Assembly (NCBI GenBank): GCA_964492155.1
Contig: CAZBJD010000001.1
Span: 5,729 to 69,728, forward strand
Direction: 5' to 3'
Length of the DNA: 64,000 bases
Origin: an uncultured Eubacteriales bacterium
GTDB lineage: Bacteria; Bacillota; Clostridia; RGIG6154
How positions within the stretch are numbered: position 1 is the stretch's first letter; each line of letters begins with the position of its first letter. Below the pieces are notes generated by a model. That model was not told the origin of the DNA and searched no databases. It worked only from the letters and a program-made list of their open reading frames with translations. Of this stretch, positions 28,564 to 38,001 are shown in pieces. The position numbers and the translations under genes are program-made.

Positions 28564-29668
28564 GGTTATAAATGTTTCCAGTGATCATAATATTGGTGGC
28601 GCGGGACGTTGTATATTGACATTTTTGCAACATTACGACAGAGAATTGTTTGATATAAGCGTTGTTCTTCCTAAAGGCAGCGAATTAATTCCGCATATTG
28701 AATTGACAAAGACAAGAATAATTGAAGTTGATGGACTTGAAAACCAATCTTTTTCGAAAGTTGGCGTTAAGGAATTATATCAGGTTTTTAAAACCGAAAA
28801 ACCTGACGTTGTTCACACTCACGCAAGTTTCTCTGCGAGAATTGCCGCTAAAATTTGCGGGATTCCTGTTGTCTATACAAGGCATAGCGTTTTTCCTAAT
28901 TCACCAAAAGTTACAAAAGGCATTGGCAAAATGGTAAACGGTTTTGCAAACAACATTACATCAAATCGAATTATAGCTGTTGCACAAGCTGCAATGGATA
29001 ATCTCACAGAGGCAGGGGTATCTTCAAAAAAAATTACTGTTATTAAAAATGGCGTTAAACCTGTTGCCAGATACACAGAATCTGAACTGGCTAAAGCACG
29101 TGATTTTTTTGGTTTAGATAGCGAATTCGTTTTTGCGATGGTTGCGCGCGTCGAAGATATCAAAGGACATGATTTTTTCATTGATGCTGCAAAGAACATT
29201 GTTAAGGATTACAACAATGTTAAGTTTATGATATGCGGTACAGGCGGGTATCTCGAACATATTAAAGAACGAATTGCTTCAGAAAAAATGGAGGAGCATA
29301 TTATTGTTACGGGGCATATAAAAGATGTCACTTCAGTTATGAATGTTATTGATGTCAACGTTAATGCTTCTTTTGGAACTGAAGCAACAAGTTTATCGTT
29401 GCTCGAGGGAATGAGTGTTAGCAAGCCTATCATTGCGTCTGATTACGGCGGAAATCCTGAATTAGTTGTTGATGGAGTCAATGGCTTGTTGTTTAAAAGT
29501 AAGGACAGTCTTGCTCTCGAAAAGTGTATGAGAAAAGTTTTAGATGATAAAGCATTATACACTTCTCTGTCTGAAGGGGCTGAAAAACTATATAACCAAA
29601 AATATACTGCAAGCATTAATGCACAGCATATACAAGATGTGTATACTTCATTAGTCAGGAGGAAATAG
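28550..29668 (+). CDS. GT4-family glycosyltransferase.
   Basis: EGMSVSKPIIASDYGGNPELVVDGVNG: the E-X7-E region of retaining GT-B enzymes. Confidence 0.85.
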   Translation: MGKIKVINVSSDHNIGGAGRCILTFLQHYDRELFDISVVLPKGSELIPHIELTKTRIIEVDGLENQSFSKVGVKELYQVFKTEKPDVVHTHASFSARIAAKICGIPVVYTRHSVFPNSPKVTKGIGKMVNGFANNITSNRIIAVAQAAMDNLTEAGVSSKKITVIKNGVKPVARYTESELAKARDFFGLDSEFVFAMVARVEDIKGHDFFIDAAKNIVKDYNNVKFMICGTGGYLEHIKERIASEKMEEHIIVTGHIKDVTSVMNVIDVNVNASFGTEATSLSLLEGMSVSKPIIASDYGGNPELVVDGVNGLLFKSKDSLALEKCMRKVLDDKALYTSLSEGAEKLYNQKYTASINAQHIQDVYTSLVRRK

Positions 29669-29669
29669 T

Positions 29670-30140
29670 ATGAAAATAAATAAAATTAAATTTAATATCA
29701 TTGATATTCTTATAATATTAGTCATATTAGCAATTGTTGCTTTGGGATATGTATATATCAACGGTAAAGCCGTGGATTCGAATTCTTCCGATTTCACTTA
29801 TGATATTTTATTCAAAGAGGTCACGGCTGAGTTTGCTGATGCTATTCAACCCGGTGCCGCAATTTTTGACGGCATTAAAATTATTGAAATTGGTAATATT
29901 TCTGATTATAGTGAAAAAGATGCCGTCAGATATGAATTCAGCAGTCAAGCAGGCGAATATGTTGAAACTTCTATTCCGGGCAAATATGACGTAACAGTGA
30001 CGGTTTCTGCCGCAGGAAATTGCGATGAATTAGCATGCTTTGTCAATGATTATGAAGTGTATATCGGAAAAACAGTTGATGTAAAAAGTGCTGGTCTGGT
30101 TGGACATGGTGTTGTTGTAGCAATTAACGAGGTGGAATGA
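29670..30140 (+). CDS. Membrane-anchored protein of unknown function, possibly DUF4330-like.
   Basis: N-terminal KFNIIDILIILVILAIV transmembrane anchor. Paralogous to the next gene. Confidence 0.5.
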   Translation: MKINKIKFNIIDILIILVILAIVALGYVYINGKAVDSNSSDFTYDILFKEVTAEFADAIQPGAAIFDGIKIIEIGNISDYSEKDAVRYEFSSQAGEYVETSIPGKYDVTVTVSAAGNCDELACFVNDYEVYIGKTVDVKSAGLVGHGVVVAINEVE

Positions 30141-30141
30141 A

Positions 30142-30603
30142 ATGAAAAAGAAATTTAATATTGTAGATGTAATAATTGCTGTGTTTGTTATTGCTGTTGT
30201 AGTGTTTTTGGTTCAAAAATTTTCCCAGACCTCGGTTTTAAGAAACGAGACTGACGGTTCTTTGGATGTTATATACACTTTAAAAGTCAGTGAACTTATG
30301 AACATAACCGCCGATGCTGTCCCTTCTTCCGGAAAGCTGTATGACGACGAAGGGAATTTCCTCGGTACAATATCAGATAAAAAAATAGCTAATGCAGAAG
30401 TGCTTAAACTCAAAGCTGATGGACAATATACTAAAGTAACAAACCCCGATAAATTTGATGTATATCTTACTGTTGAGTCTAAAGCCACGTTGAAAGATGA
30501 GGGGTATTTCTTAAACGGAAAGAAGAACATTGGTGTAGGCAGCGTTCTGAAGGTAAGAGGCTCTAAAATTGAATTCGAAGCATATGTTGTTGAAATTAGC
30601 TGA
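30142..30603 (+). CDS. Paralog of the preceding gene.
   Basis: KFNIVDVIIAVFVIAVV anchor. Shared KYDV/KFDV and C-terminal GxVGxG blocks. Confidence 0.5.
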   Translation: MKKKFNIVDVIIAVFVIAVVVFLVQKFSQTSVLRNETDGSLDVIYTLKVSELMNITADAVPSSGKLYDDEGNFLGTISDKKIANAEVLKLKADGQYTKVTNPDKFDVYLTVESKATLKDEGYFLNGKKNIGVGSVLKVRGSKIEFEAYVVEIS

Positions 30604-30630
30604 TAATTACACACTCACTAGGTGAATATA

Positions 30631-30673
30631 AAAAAGCAGACACATGTAAAGTCAACATGTATCTGCTTTTTTC
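30631..30673 (+). terminator. Intrinsic terminator of the envelope gene cluster.
   Basis: aagcagacacatg/catgtatctgctt followed by T6. Confidence 0.6.
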
Positions 30674-30745
30674 TTTGAGCGTTAGTATATATGAAGTTCG
30701 CCACGACGTGGAAGAACGATATAATTTTACTGTGAGTGATAACTG

Positions 30746-30786
30746 AAAAAGAGATAATCTTACCGACAGCAAAATTATCTCTTTTT
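30746..30786 (-). terminator. Hairpin 3 nt downstream of tRNA-Arg(CCT). Terminator or processing structure.
   Basis: 13-bp perfect stem aaaaagagataat/attatctcttttt with a 15-nt loop. Symmetric, so it can act bidirectionally. Confidence 0.5.
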
Positions 30787-30788
30787 CA

Positions 30789-30865
30789 TGGCGCACCCAA
30801 AGGGATTCGAACCCCCGACCTGCGGTTTAGGAAACCGTCGCTCTATCCTGCTGAGCTATGGATGC
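30789..30865 (-). tRNA. tRNA-Arg, anticodon CCT.
   Basis: 77 nt cloverleaf with encoded CCA, D-arm GCTCAG…GGATAGAGC, loop TT-CCT-AA. Confidence 0.65.
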
Positions 30866-30921
30866 AAACTAGATAAATTATAATATATTTTGTGAATTTT
30901 GTCAATTGATAAGTGAATATT

Positions 30922-30947
30922 GAGAGCATCCTTTTACAGATGCTCTC
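30922..30947 (-). other. Hairpin abutting the 3' end of tRNA-Arg(CCG).
   Basis: 9-bp stem gagagcatc/gatgctctc, loop cttttaca. Confidence 0.5.
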
Positions 30948-31024
30948 TGGAGCGCCCGATGGGATTCGAACCCACTACCTTCAGAGTCGGAGTCTGATAC
31001 TCTATCCAAGTGAGCTACGGACGC
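30948..31024 (-). tRNA. tRNA-Arg, anticodon CCG.
   Basis: 77 nt with encoded CCA. Anticodon stem TCAGA/TCTGA, loop CT-CCG-AC. Confidence 0.75.
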
Positions 31025-31069
31025 AGACATAAGTATATTTTATGATAAAATCATCCTGATGTCAAGCAT

Positions 31070-31768
31070 TTACTCTATTAATTTGCTGATTTCGTTTTTT
31101 AATCTTAAAATTATTCTTTTTTCTAGACGAGAAATGTAGGATTGTGATATCCCTAACATATCTGCCACTTCTTTTTGGGTTTTTTCATCTTCGTTTTTCA
31201 ACCCAAAACGTAGTTGCATAATTGTCTTTTCTCGTGCAGAAAGTCTTTCAATTGCTTGTGCCAGTAATTCTTTATCGGTTTCATCATCCAGTGATTTTTG
31301 TATCATATCAACATCTGAGCCAAGTATGTCCGATAATAGTAATTCATTGCCGTCACTGTCTGTGTTTAATGGTTCATCTATAGAGATTTCCTGGCGTTGT
31401 GAGCTTACTTTTCTTAAATGCATTAATATTTCATTTTCAATACATCTTGATGCATAAGTAGCCAGCTTAATATTTTTATCCGGATTGAAAGTGTTAATTG
31501 CCTTTATCAGTCCTATCGTTCCGATTGATATTAAATCTTCGATATTAATCCCTGTATTTTCAAACTTTTTCGCTATGTATACTACAAGTCTTAGATTATG
31601 CTCGATTAATATTTTTTTCACCTTATCGTCGCCAATGCTTTGCAAAAGCGTCTTTTCGGTTTCTTTGTCAAGTGGTGCCGGTAAATTTTCACACCCACCG
31701 ATATAAAAAATGTTTTGCTCGTCGCAGAAAAATATTTTCTTCAAATATTCCAATAATGATTTAAACAT
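31070..31768 (-). CDS. sigE: Pro-sigma-E, the early mother-cell sigma factor.
   Basis: Colinear with B. subtilis SigE ([18 protein letters not shown]…[38 protein letters not shown]…[14 protein letters not shown]). Starts 8 nt inside the spoIIGA end. Confidence 0.9.
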   Translation of the reverse strand: MFKSLLEYLKKIFFCDEQNIFYIGGCENLPAPLDKETEKTLLQSIGDDKVKKILIEHNLRLVVYIAKKFENTGINIEDLISIGTIGLIKAINTFNPDKNIKLATYASRCIENEILMHLRKVSSQRQEISIDEPLNTDSDGNELLLSDILGSDVDMIQKSLDDETDKELLAQAIERLSAREKTIMQLRFGLKNEDEKTQKEVADMLGISQSYISRLEKRIILRLKNEISKLIE

Positions 31769-32579
31769 ATAAATTCTCCGTTTCTGTATTTTTTGAATTT
31801 AGATTATCAGTAAATATATCTTCAGTTAATAACAAATCATAATCATTATTAAACTCAAAGTCGCTTATGCCTATCATAGCCTGTATACTTCTGCTTTCTA
31901 CCATAATATTATCTGGCTTAAATACTTTAATTTTCCCTATCCCGGATACAGTTCGACATTCCATTGTTTTTGTGTATTCAATATCAGGGATTTTGCTGAG
32001 AATTCCACTTGTGGCTACAAATATCGGACACATATTTTCGTAATCATACATGGTATTTCCACTATCACAAAATCCAATTAAATTGATGGTTGTGCTACTA
32101 TAGAAAATAGTGACTGCTTTATAATTCTCCGGATTCTTAAGTTGCCGCGATAAAAATTTACGAATAATCAATATCAAAAGCAGCATCATAGCTACCGATA
32201 AAAGCACACCCGCACCGGATACATATGAATAATTGACACCATTTATGCTTATAGTCTCTGTAATGGTATTAATAGATAACACTATACCCGCCAACATATA
32301 TGAATATAAATAATATACACAAACAAACTTGATTTTTAATTTGTAGCTACCCTTGAATAAAATTATTGCAATCAAAAATATCACTGCGAATTTTGCAGGT
32401 ACTATGTAAAATTTGCTGAACATTATGAATACTGACAGAAAACTGCTCACAACAGATGCAATAATTATCTTGTATAATTTAACCGCAATTTTGCTTGTAA
32501 ATAAACTTAGAGTCATAATTAAAAAGTTAAAAAAGATATTGATTAATATATATATATCTAAATACAGTACTGTGTTCAA
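31761..32579 (-). CDS. spoIIGA: Sigma-E processing peptidase SpoIIGA.
   Basis: Polytopic N-terminal region plus the DSG aspartic-protease motif (GFCDSGNT). Directly upstream of sigE. Confidence 0.8.
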   Translation of the reverse strand: MNTVLYLDIYILINIFFNFLIMTLSLFTSKIAVKLYKIIIASVVSSFLSVFIMFSKFYIVPAKFAVIFLIAIILFKGSYKLKIKFVCVYYLYSYMLAGIVLSINTITETISINGVNYSYVSGAGVLLSVAMMLLLILIIRKFLSRQLKNPENYKAVTIFYSSTTINLIGFCDSGNTMYDYENMCPIFVATSGILSKIPDIEYTKTMECRTVSGIGKIKVFKPDNIMVESRSIQAMIGISDFEFNNDYDLLLTEDIFTDNLNSKNTETENLYV

Positions 32580-32607
32580 TTTAAATCACCCTATCTATGT
32601 TGACATA

Positions 32608-32657
32608 ATTATATCATACATATTAAGCTGATTTTGTCAGTTTTACCGAGGTGACAA
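32608..32657 (-). promoter_or_regulatory. Candidate spoIIG promoter and inverted repeat.
   Basis: On the minus strand: cTGACA - 21 nt - TGaTATAAT, a long spacer as in B. subtilis spoIIG. TTGTCA/TGACAA 6-bp inverted repeat at 32634-32657. Confidence 0.3.
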
Positions 32658-33587
32658 AATTTCTTTAATATTTGAAATAGTTGTCCCCGGATAATACTTA
32701 TCCAAAATTTCCAAATAACTCATCCCGATTTTTGCATATTCATTTGCACCGGACTGACTCATACCAACGCCATGACCATATCCAATCACATCAAATATAA
32801 CATTATCAGAATTTTGAGTTATGGTGAAATTCGCCGAACGTAAATTGAGCTTTTGCCGCACGTCTTTACCATCGTAATTTTCTCCAAAAATCTTAATTTC
32901 TTTAACAGAACCGCCTGCAGTCCGAGATAAAATTTTAATATCGTCACTATTATCACCAGAACCAAAAATATCTTTAAGCTCAGGAACTGAATAGTCAACT
33001 GAACTATGATAACCATTAACCGCTTTATCTAAGTTGCTTTCAACATTTGTAAGGTAGGGGAGTTGCTTAACCCAAACATCGGATGATTTTTCGGTAATAC
33101 CCGAAGATATGGCATGAAACACCGCGAGGATTGGTTCGCCTTCATAAGTTAATATTTGATTTTTTGTTTGAGATACTAATAAAGATATCCTTTCACAGAT
33201 TTTGTCTTTTTCTTCCCCGAAACTATTTGTTTCTTCGCCCGGTATCATAAAAGCAGTACAATGGTTAAAATCTGTGCATACGTCTGCACCTTTATGTTCA
33301 GGTATCTGTACGCCGATTTTTCGTGCGGCATAGGTTCGCACTGCAACTGCTTGAGCTTTCAATGCATCATCTGAAAAAGTATTAGGCATTTCCTTTGCCG
33401 TAGCTCTCCACACATATTCTTCAAGCGGCATTTTAACAATGCTGTTGGTTGTAGTTTGGAGTACACTTATAATAATATTACTCTCTGTGACATTATCTCT
33501 TTTTTTATCATCACATAAATGTATAGCTATAGGTGTTATAACTATACATAAAATGCAACAAAGAAATATCAAACTTGCATTTTTCAT
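32643..33587 (-). CDS. spoIID: Stage II sporulation protein D (lytic transglycosylase).
   Basis: SpoIID/LytB domain: …LKAQAVAVRTYA…GYGHGVGMSQSGA…. Confidence 0.85.
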   Translation of the reverse strand: MKNASLIFLCCILCIVITPIAIHLCDDKKRDNVTESNIIISVLQTTTNSIVKMPLEEYVWRATAKEMPNTFSDDALKAQAVAVRTYAARKIGVQIPEHKGADVCTDFNHCTAFMIPGEETNSFGEEKDKICERISLLVSQTKNQILTYEGEPILAVFHAISSGITEKSSDVWVKQLPYLTNVESNLDKAVNGYHSSVDYSVPELKDIFGSGDNSDDIKILSRTAGGSVKEIKIFGENYDGKDVRQKLNLRSANFTITQNSDNVIFDVIGYGHGVGMSQSGANEYAKIGMSYLEILDKYYPGTTISNIKEILSPR

Positions 33588-33637
33588 AATTTTGCAACCT
33601 CTGAGAAAAAAGACGTTTTATAATAATTAATATGCTA

Positions 33638-33666
33638 TTGACAAATTATTTAGAAATATGTATACT
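33638..33666 (+). promoter_or_regulatory. SigmaA promoter for citrate synthase.
   Basis: TTGACA - 17 nt - TATACT. Confidence 0.45.
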
Positions 33667-33719
33667 AATATTATGAATTTTTTGAATATCAAAAATTGCG
33701 AAATATAGGAGATATTGTA

Positions 33720-35093
33720 ATGAACAATAAGTTTTTGGAAAGAAAAGAAATTGATGAACATTTAGAGAATTTAATGAAGCTTACGGAAGAGATGAACATT
33801 ATTCCAATGGAACTGTATAATAAGTATAATGTTAAAAGAGGCTTGAGAAATTCAGACGGAACCGGCGTTTTAGTTGGACTTACTTCTATTGGTGAGGTTC
33901 ATGGGTACACAATAGAAGATAGCGATAAAATTCCGGCTGATGGTAAATTGTTATATCGAGGTCTGGAAGTCAAAGAGCTTGTATCCGCGTGTCTGAAAGA
34001 AGATAGACATGGATTTGAAGAGATTTGTTTCCTGATACTGTTTGGTGTCCTTCCAACAAAAGAAGAATTGACAGATTTCAAGGCGTTGCTTACCGAATTA
34101 AGAACCTTACCCGGCAATTTCATTGAAGATATGATATTAAAAGCCCCAAGTCCTAATATCATGAACAAACTTGCTCGTTCGGTTTTGGCGTTATATTCAT
34201 ATGACTCTAACCCTGATGATCTTTCGGTAAAAAATACATTAATCCAGTCAATTGGTTTAATTGCCAAATTCCCGGTTTTAATTGCTAACGCATATGCAGT
34301 TAAAAGACACGCATATGATGGTGACAGCCTTTATATTCATATTCCAAACCCGAAACTTGATATAGCAGAAAACTTTTTATATATGATGAGACCGAACAGG
34401 GAGTTTACAAAAGAAGAAGCTGATATTCTTGACCTTTGTCTTATGATACACGCGGAACATGGCGGCGGTAACAACTCTGCTTTCACTACACACGTAGTAT
34501 CTTCAACAGGTACGGATACATATTCAGCAATTTCGGCAGCAGTTGGCTCACTAAAGGGACCTAAGCACGGCGGTGCTTCACTTTCTGTCGCTGAGATGTT
34601 TGATGATATCAAAAAACACGTTTCAAACTGGACTGACGAAACAGAAGTTGAGCAATATCTTACCAAGATTGTTAACAAAGAAGCTTTTGACAAGTCAGGT
34701 CTTGTATATGGTATGGGACACGCGATTTATACTCTTTCTGACCCACGTGCAGTAATGTTAAAAGAAAAAGCCAGAGAGTTAGCCCGTTTGAAAGGCAGGG
34801 AAGATGAATTCGCTCTGTATGATTTGGTTGAAAAACTCACCCCTGTGGTTTTCGCCAAAATCAAAGGAAATACAAAAGTGTTATGTGCAAATGTGGACTT
34901 TTACTCGGGATTTGTTTATAGTATGCTGGGAATAGAGAAAGATTTGTTTATTCCTCTGTTTGCTATGTCAAGAATAGTTGGATGGTGTGCACACAGAATT
35001 GAAGAAATTGTTTCCGGTGGCCGTATTATGCGCCCTGCTTATAAAAGTGTAACCCACAGAACAAATTATACTTCGCTTGAAGACAGAAAGTAA
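33720..35093 (+). CDS. Citrate synthase.
   Basis: …GMGHAIYTLSDPRA… and catalytic His/Asp blocks. Start at MNNKF after AGGAGA (ORF-track start 33696). Confidence 0.85.
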   Translation: MNNKFLERKEIDEHLENLMKLTEEMNIIPMELYNKYNVKRGLRNSDGTGVLVGLTSIGEVHGYTIEDSDKIPADGKLLYRGLEVKELVSACLKEDRHGFEEICFLILFGVLPTKEELTDFKALLTELRTLPGNFIEDMILKAPSPNIMNKLARSVLALYSYDSNPDDLSVKNTLIQSIGLIAKFPVLIANAYAVKRHAYDGDSLYIHIPNPKLDIAENFLYMMRPNREFTKEEADILDLCLMIHAEHGGGNNSAFTTHVVSSTGTDTYSAISAAVGSLKGPKHGGASLSVAEMFDDIKKHVSNWTDETEVEQYLTKIVNKEAFDKSGLVYGMGHAIYTLSDPRAVMLKEKARELARLKGREDEFALYDLVEKLTPVVFAKIKGNTKVLCANVDFYSGFVYSMLGIEKDLFIPLFAMSRIVGWCAHRIEEIVSGGRIMRPAYKSVTHRTNYTSLEDRK

Positions 35094-35165
35094 TAATCGA
35101 TAACCTCTTGATTTTTTTCCCATTTAAGTGTAAAATATATATATTAATTTGTTATCGAGGTAAAT

Positions 35166-35879
35166 TTGATGAGAATACAAAAGTATCTTGCCGATTGCGG
35201 TGTTGCTTCAAGAAGAGCTTCTGAAAAAATTGTAGAGCAAAGCAGAGTTATGGTTAATGACGTTGTTGCCGTTATCGGACAGGATGTTGATGAAAATTCC
35301 GATATCATTAAAGTTGATGGAAATATCGTAAAACGTGCTGACAAAAAAATATATATTATGTTATATAAGCCAATAGGTGTTGTTTCTACTTCAGATGATG
35401 ACCGTGGACGAAAAACGGTAATTGATTTAATTAAAACTGATATAAATGAACGTGTTTTTTGTGTTGGCAGACTGGATTATAACACTGAGGGTTTACTCAT
35501 TTTGACTAATGACGGTGATTTTGCCAACAAGGTTACGCATCCTAAAAACAAAATTCCCAAAACGTATCTTGCCAGAGTTAAAGGCGGAATGGTCACACGT
35601 GAGGATATAAATAAATTGCGTACAGGTGTTGTGCTCGAAGACGGTATGACTATGCCCTCAAAAGTTTATATTGAAGACGTATACAATGATAACACTACAC
35701 TTGTAAAGATAACAATTTTTGAAGGCAAAAACAGGCAGGTAAGGCGAATGTTTGAAGCTGTAAATCACCCGGTTATAGATTTGAAGCGAATTGAGTTGGG
35801 TGGCATTTCACTGGGTAATTTACCCTACGGGAAGTGGCGTCATCTTTCGCCAAGTGAAGTTGCTAAAATTTTAAAATAG
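35166..35879 (+). CDS. rluB: Pseudouridine synthase, RsuA/RluB family (S4 domain plus catalytic domain).
   Basis: S4 domain (RIQKYLADCGVASRR…) and catalytic GRLDYNTEGLLILTNDG. Confidence 0.85.
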   Translation: MMRIQKYLADCGVASRRASEKIVEQSRVMVNDVVAVIGQDVDENSDIIKVDGNIVKRADKKIYIMLYKPIGVVSTSDDDRGRKTVIDLIKTDINERVFCVGRLDYNTEGLLILTNDGDFANKVTHPKNKIPKTYLARVKGGMVTREDINKLRTGVVLEDGMTMPSKVYIEDVYNDNTTLVKITIFEGKNRQVRRMFEAVNHPVIDLKRIELGGISLGNLPYGKWRHLSPSEVAKILK

Positions 35880-35894
35880 ATTGCAGGGGAAAGT

Positions 35895-36761
35895 ATGGAT
35901 AATGTTTTAAAACAAATTGAGGAATCGTATTCTTCTTTCAGTAAAGGGCAGAAAAAAATTGCAGATTATGTCACGACCCAGTATGATAAAGCTGCGTATA
36001 TCACTGCCGCCAAGCTTGGAAAGGAAGTAGATGTCAGCGAATCTACCGTTGTCAGGTTTGCCGTAGCTCTTGGTTATGAAGGTTTTCCTGAGCTTCAGTC
36101 TGCTCTGCGCGAAATAATAAAAAACAAGCTTACTTCACTTCAAAGATTTGAAATTGTATCTGACAAAATGGATAACGAAGACATCTTGTCCAAAATTATG
36201 TCCGCAGATATTTCTAAATTAAAAACAACTATGGAGAATGTAGACAAAAAGGCTTTTGCCGGAGCAGTCGATACTATTTTAAAAGCTAAAACAATTTATA
36301 TTCTCGGTGTAAGAAGTGCATCTGCTTTGGCGTCTTTTATGGGTTTTTATTTTAACTTATTATTTGAAAACGTGAAAATTGTGCAAACAACAAGCATCAG
36401 CGAAGTGTTTGAGCAAATACTTAGAGTTAACTCCAATGATGTTGTAATTGGTATTACTTTTCCCAGATATTCAAGACGAACTGTGAAAGCATTGGAATAT
36501 GCAAAAAACAGAAATGCCTCAGTCGTGTCAATTACCGATACCTGCAAATCACCCATTGTAGCCTATTCCGATTTTAATCTGTATGCCAAAAATGACACTG
36601 CTTCATTTGTGGATTCTTTGGTTGCACCTATGAGTATTATTAATGCTTTAATTGTTGCTTTAGGTATGCGTAAGAAAGAGGAAACTTCCATGATTTTCAA
36701 TGAATTAGAACAACTCTGGGATGAATACGACGTTTATAATAAGGAACACAACGATGAGTAA
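35895..36761 (+). CDS. RpiR/MurR-family regulator (HTH_6 plus SIS).
   Basis: N-terminal HTH (…SESTVVRFAVALGYEGF…) and a C-terminal SIS domain. Confidence 0.85.
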   Translation: MDNVLKQIEESYSSFSKGQKKIADYVTTQYDKAAYITAAKLGKEVDVSESTVVRFAVALGYEGFPELQSALREIIKNKLTSLQRFEIVSDKMDNEDILSKIMSADISKLKTTMENVDKKAFAGAVDTILKAKTIYILGVRSASALASFMGFYFNLLFENVKIVQTTSISEVFEQILRVNSNDVVIGITFPRYSRRTVKALEYAKNRNASVVSITDTCKSPIVAYSDFNLYAKNDTASFVDSLVAPMSIINALIVALGMRKKEETSMIFNELEQLWDEYDVYNKEHNDE

Positions 36762-38001
36762 CAACCATTTTGATATAGCTGTTATCGGCGGCGGTGCAGC
36801 AGGTATGATGGCTGCTATTTCTGCAGCTATGTACGGTGCAAATGTTGTAATTTTGGAAAAAAATCACATTCTTGGCAAGAAAATGCGAATCACGGGAAAA
36901 GGTAGATGTAATATCACCAACGCTTGTGAAGATACTGTTTTTTTCGAGAATATTCCTGTAAATTCAAAATTTATGTATAGTGCATACTATAATTTTAATA
37001 ATTTTGCATTACAAAAGTTTTTGGCGGATAACGGGCTTGAATTAAAGACCGAACGCGGCGGACGTGTTTTCCCGAAATCCGACAAAGCTATTGACGTCGT
37101 GAATGTATTTATTAAAATTCTGCAAGACTTAAATGTTGATGTACTCTTTTCAAGAGTCCGAAATATTCAAAAAAACAGTTCCGGCTTTTTTGAAATAAGT
37201 TTGGTTGATAATAAAATCACTTCAGTTGCTGTTATATTGGCAACAGGGGGTGTTTCTTACCCTCTTACAGGTTCTACAGGCGACGGTTATAAATTTGCAC
37301 AAAAATTTGGTCACCACATAACCGATTTGAAACCGTCTTTGGTTCCAATTGAAATTTCTGAGCAATACTGCACTGAATTACAAGGATTATCACTTAAAAA
37401 TGTCGGTATCAAAGTTTGTGATAACGAAAAATGTGTTTATTCTGATTTTGGTGAAATGATGTTTACACATTTTGGCGTTACCGGCCCGATTGTGCTCAGT
37501 TCCAGCTCACATATTAAATCCGATAAGAATTACAAACTTTATATCGATCTTAAGCCCGCACTTTCAGCTGAAATGTTGGACAAGCGGTTACTGCGAGATT
37601 TTTCACAATTTATTAATAAAAATTTTTCAAATTCACTGGATTTATTATTGCCAAAAAAGCTCATTCCTGTTATAATAGAGTTATCGGGCATTCATCCTGA
37701 TAAGAAAGTAAATTCTATAACTAAGGCTGAACGTGAAAATCTTGTTGCTTTAATGAAGGGATTTCCTATTTCTGTAAAGGGATTAAGACCAATTGAAGAA
37801 GCTATAATTACTTCCGGTGGTGTTCAATTACAGGAAGTTAATCCTTCAACTATGGAATCTAGGCTTTGCAACAATTTATATTTTTGCGGTGAGGTCTTGG
37901 ATGTTGACGCGTATACAGGCGGTTTCAATTTGCAAATTGCTTTTTCTACCGGCTATCTGGCCGGCGAAAAAGCTGCACAAAAGTGCATAGGAGGTTTTTG
38001 A
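36754..38001 (+). CDS. HI0933/BaiN-family NAD(P)/FAD-dependent flavoprotein.
   Basis: DIAVIGGGAAGMMAA…TGKGRCNITN. Start at MSNNHFD after AAGGAA. Its stop overlaps the cmk ATG. Confidence 0.85.
   Translation: MSNNHFDIAVIGGGAAGMMAAISAAMYGANVVILEKNHILGKKMRITGKGRCNITNACEDTVFFENIPVNSKFMYSAYYNFNNFALQKFLADNGLELKTERGGRVFPKSDKAIDVVNVFIKILQDLNVDVLFSRVRNIQKNSSGFFEISLVDNKITSVAVILATGGVSYPLTGSTGDGYKFAQKFGHHITDLKPSLVPIEISEQYCTELQGLSLKNVGIKVCDNEKCVYSDFGEMMFTHFGVTGPIVLSSSSHIKSDKNYKLYIDLKPALSAEMLDKRLLRDFSQFINKNFSNSLDLLLPKKLIPVIIELSGIHPDKKVNSITKAERENLVALMKGFPISVKGLRPIEEAIITSGGVQLQEVNPSTMESRLCNNLYFCGEVLDVDAYTGGFNLQIAFSTGYLAGEKAAQKCIGGF

Noticed and set aside
30682-30742. A 14-codon ORF (MKFATTWKNDIILL) and the CCACG-A-CGTGG palindrome between the terminator and tRNA-Arg.
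   Set aside because: It has no SD sequence, it is very short, and it lies in a terminator/tRNA flank. It is probably non-coding.
32580-32660. Canonical Spo0A boxes (TGTCGAA) at the spoIIG promoter.
   Set aside because: Only loose matches (TGTCACC, TGACAAA). I report these as an inverted repeat and long-spacer promoter rather than as 0A boxes.
35096-35160. An 8-10 bp inverted repeat (tcgataac / gttatcga) separated by about 46 nt in the rluB leader.
   Set aside because: It is a short, AT-rich long-range match that could arise by chance. It has no supporting terminator or regulatory context.
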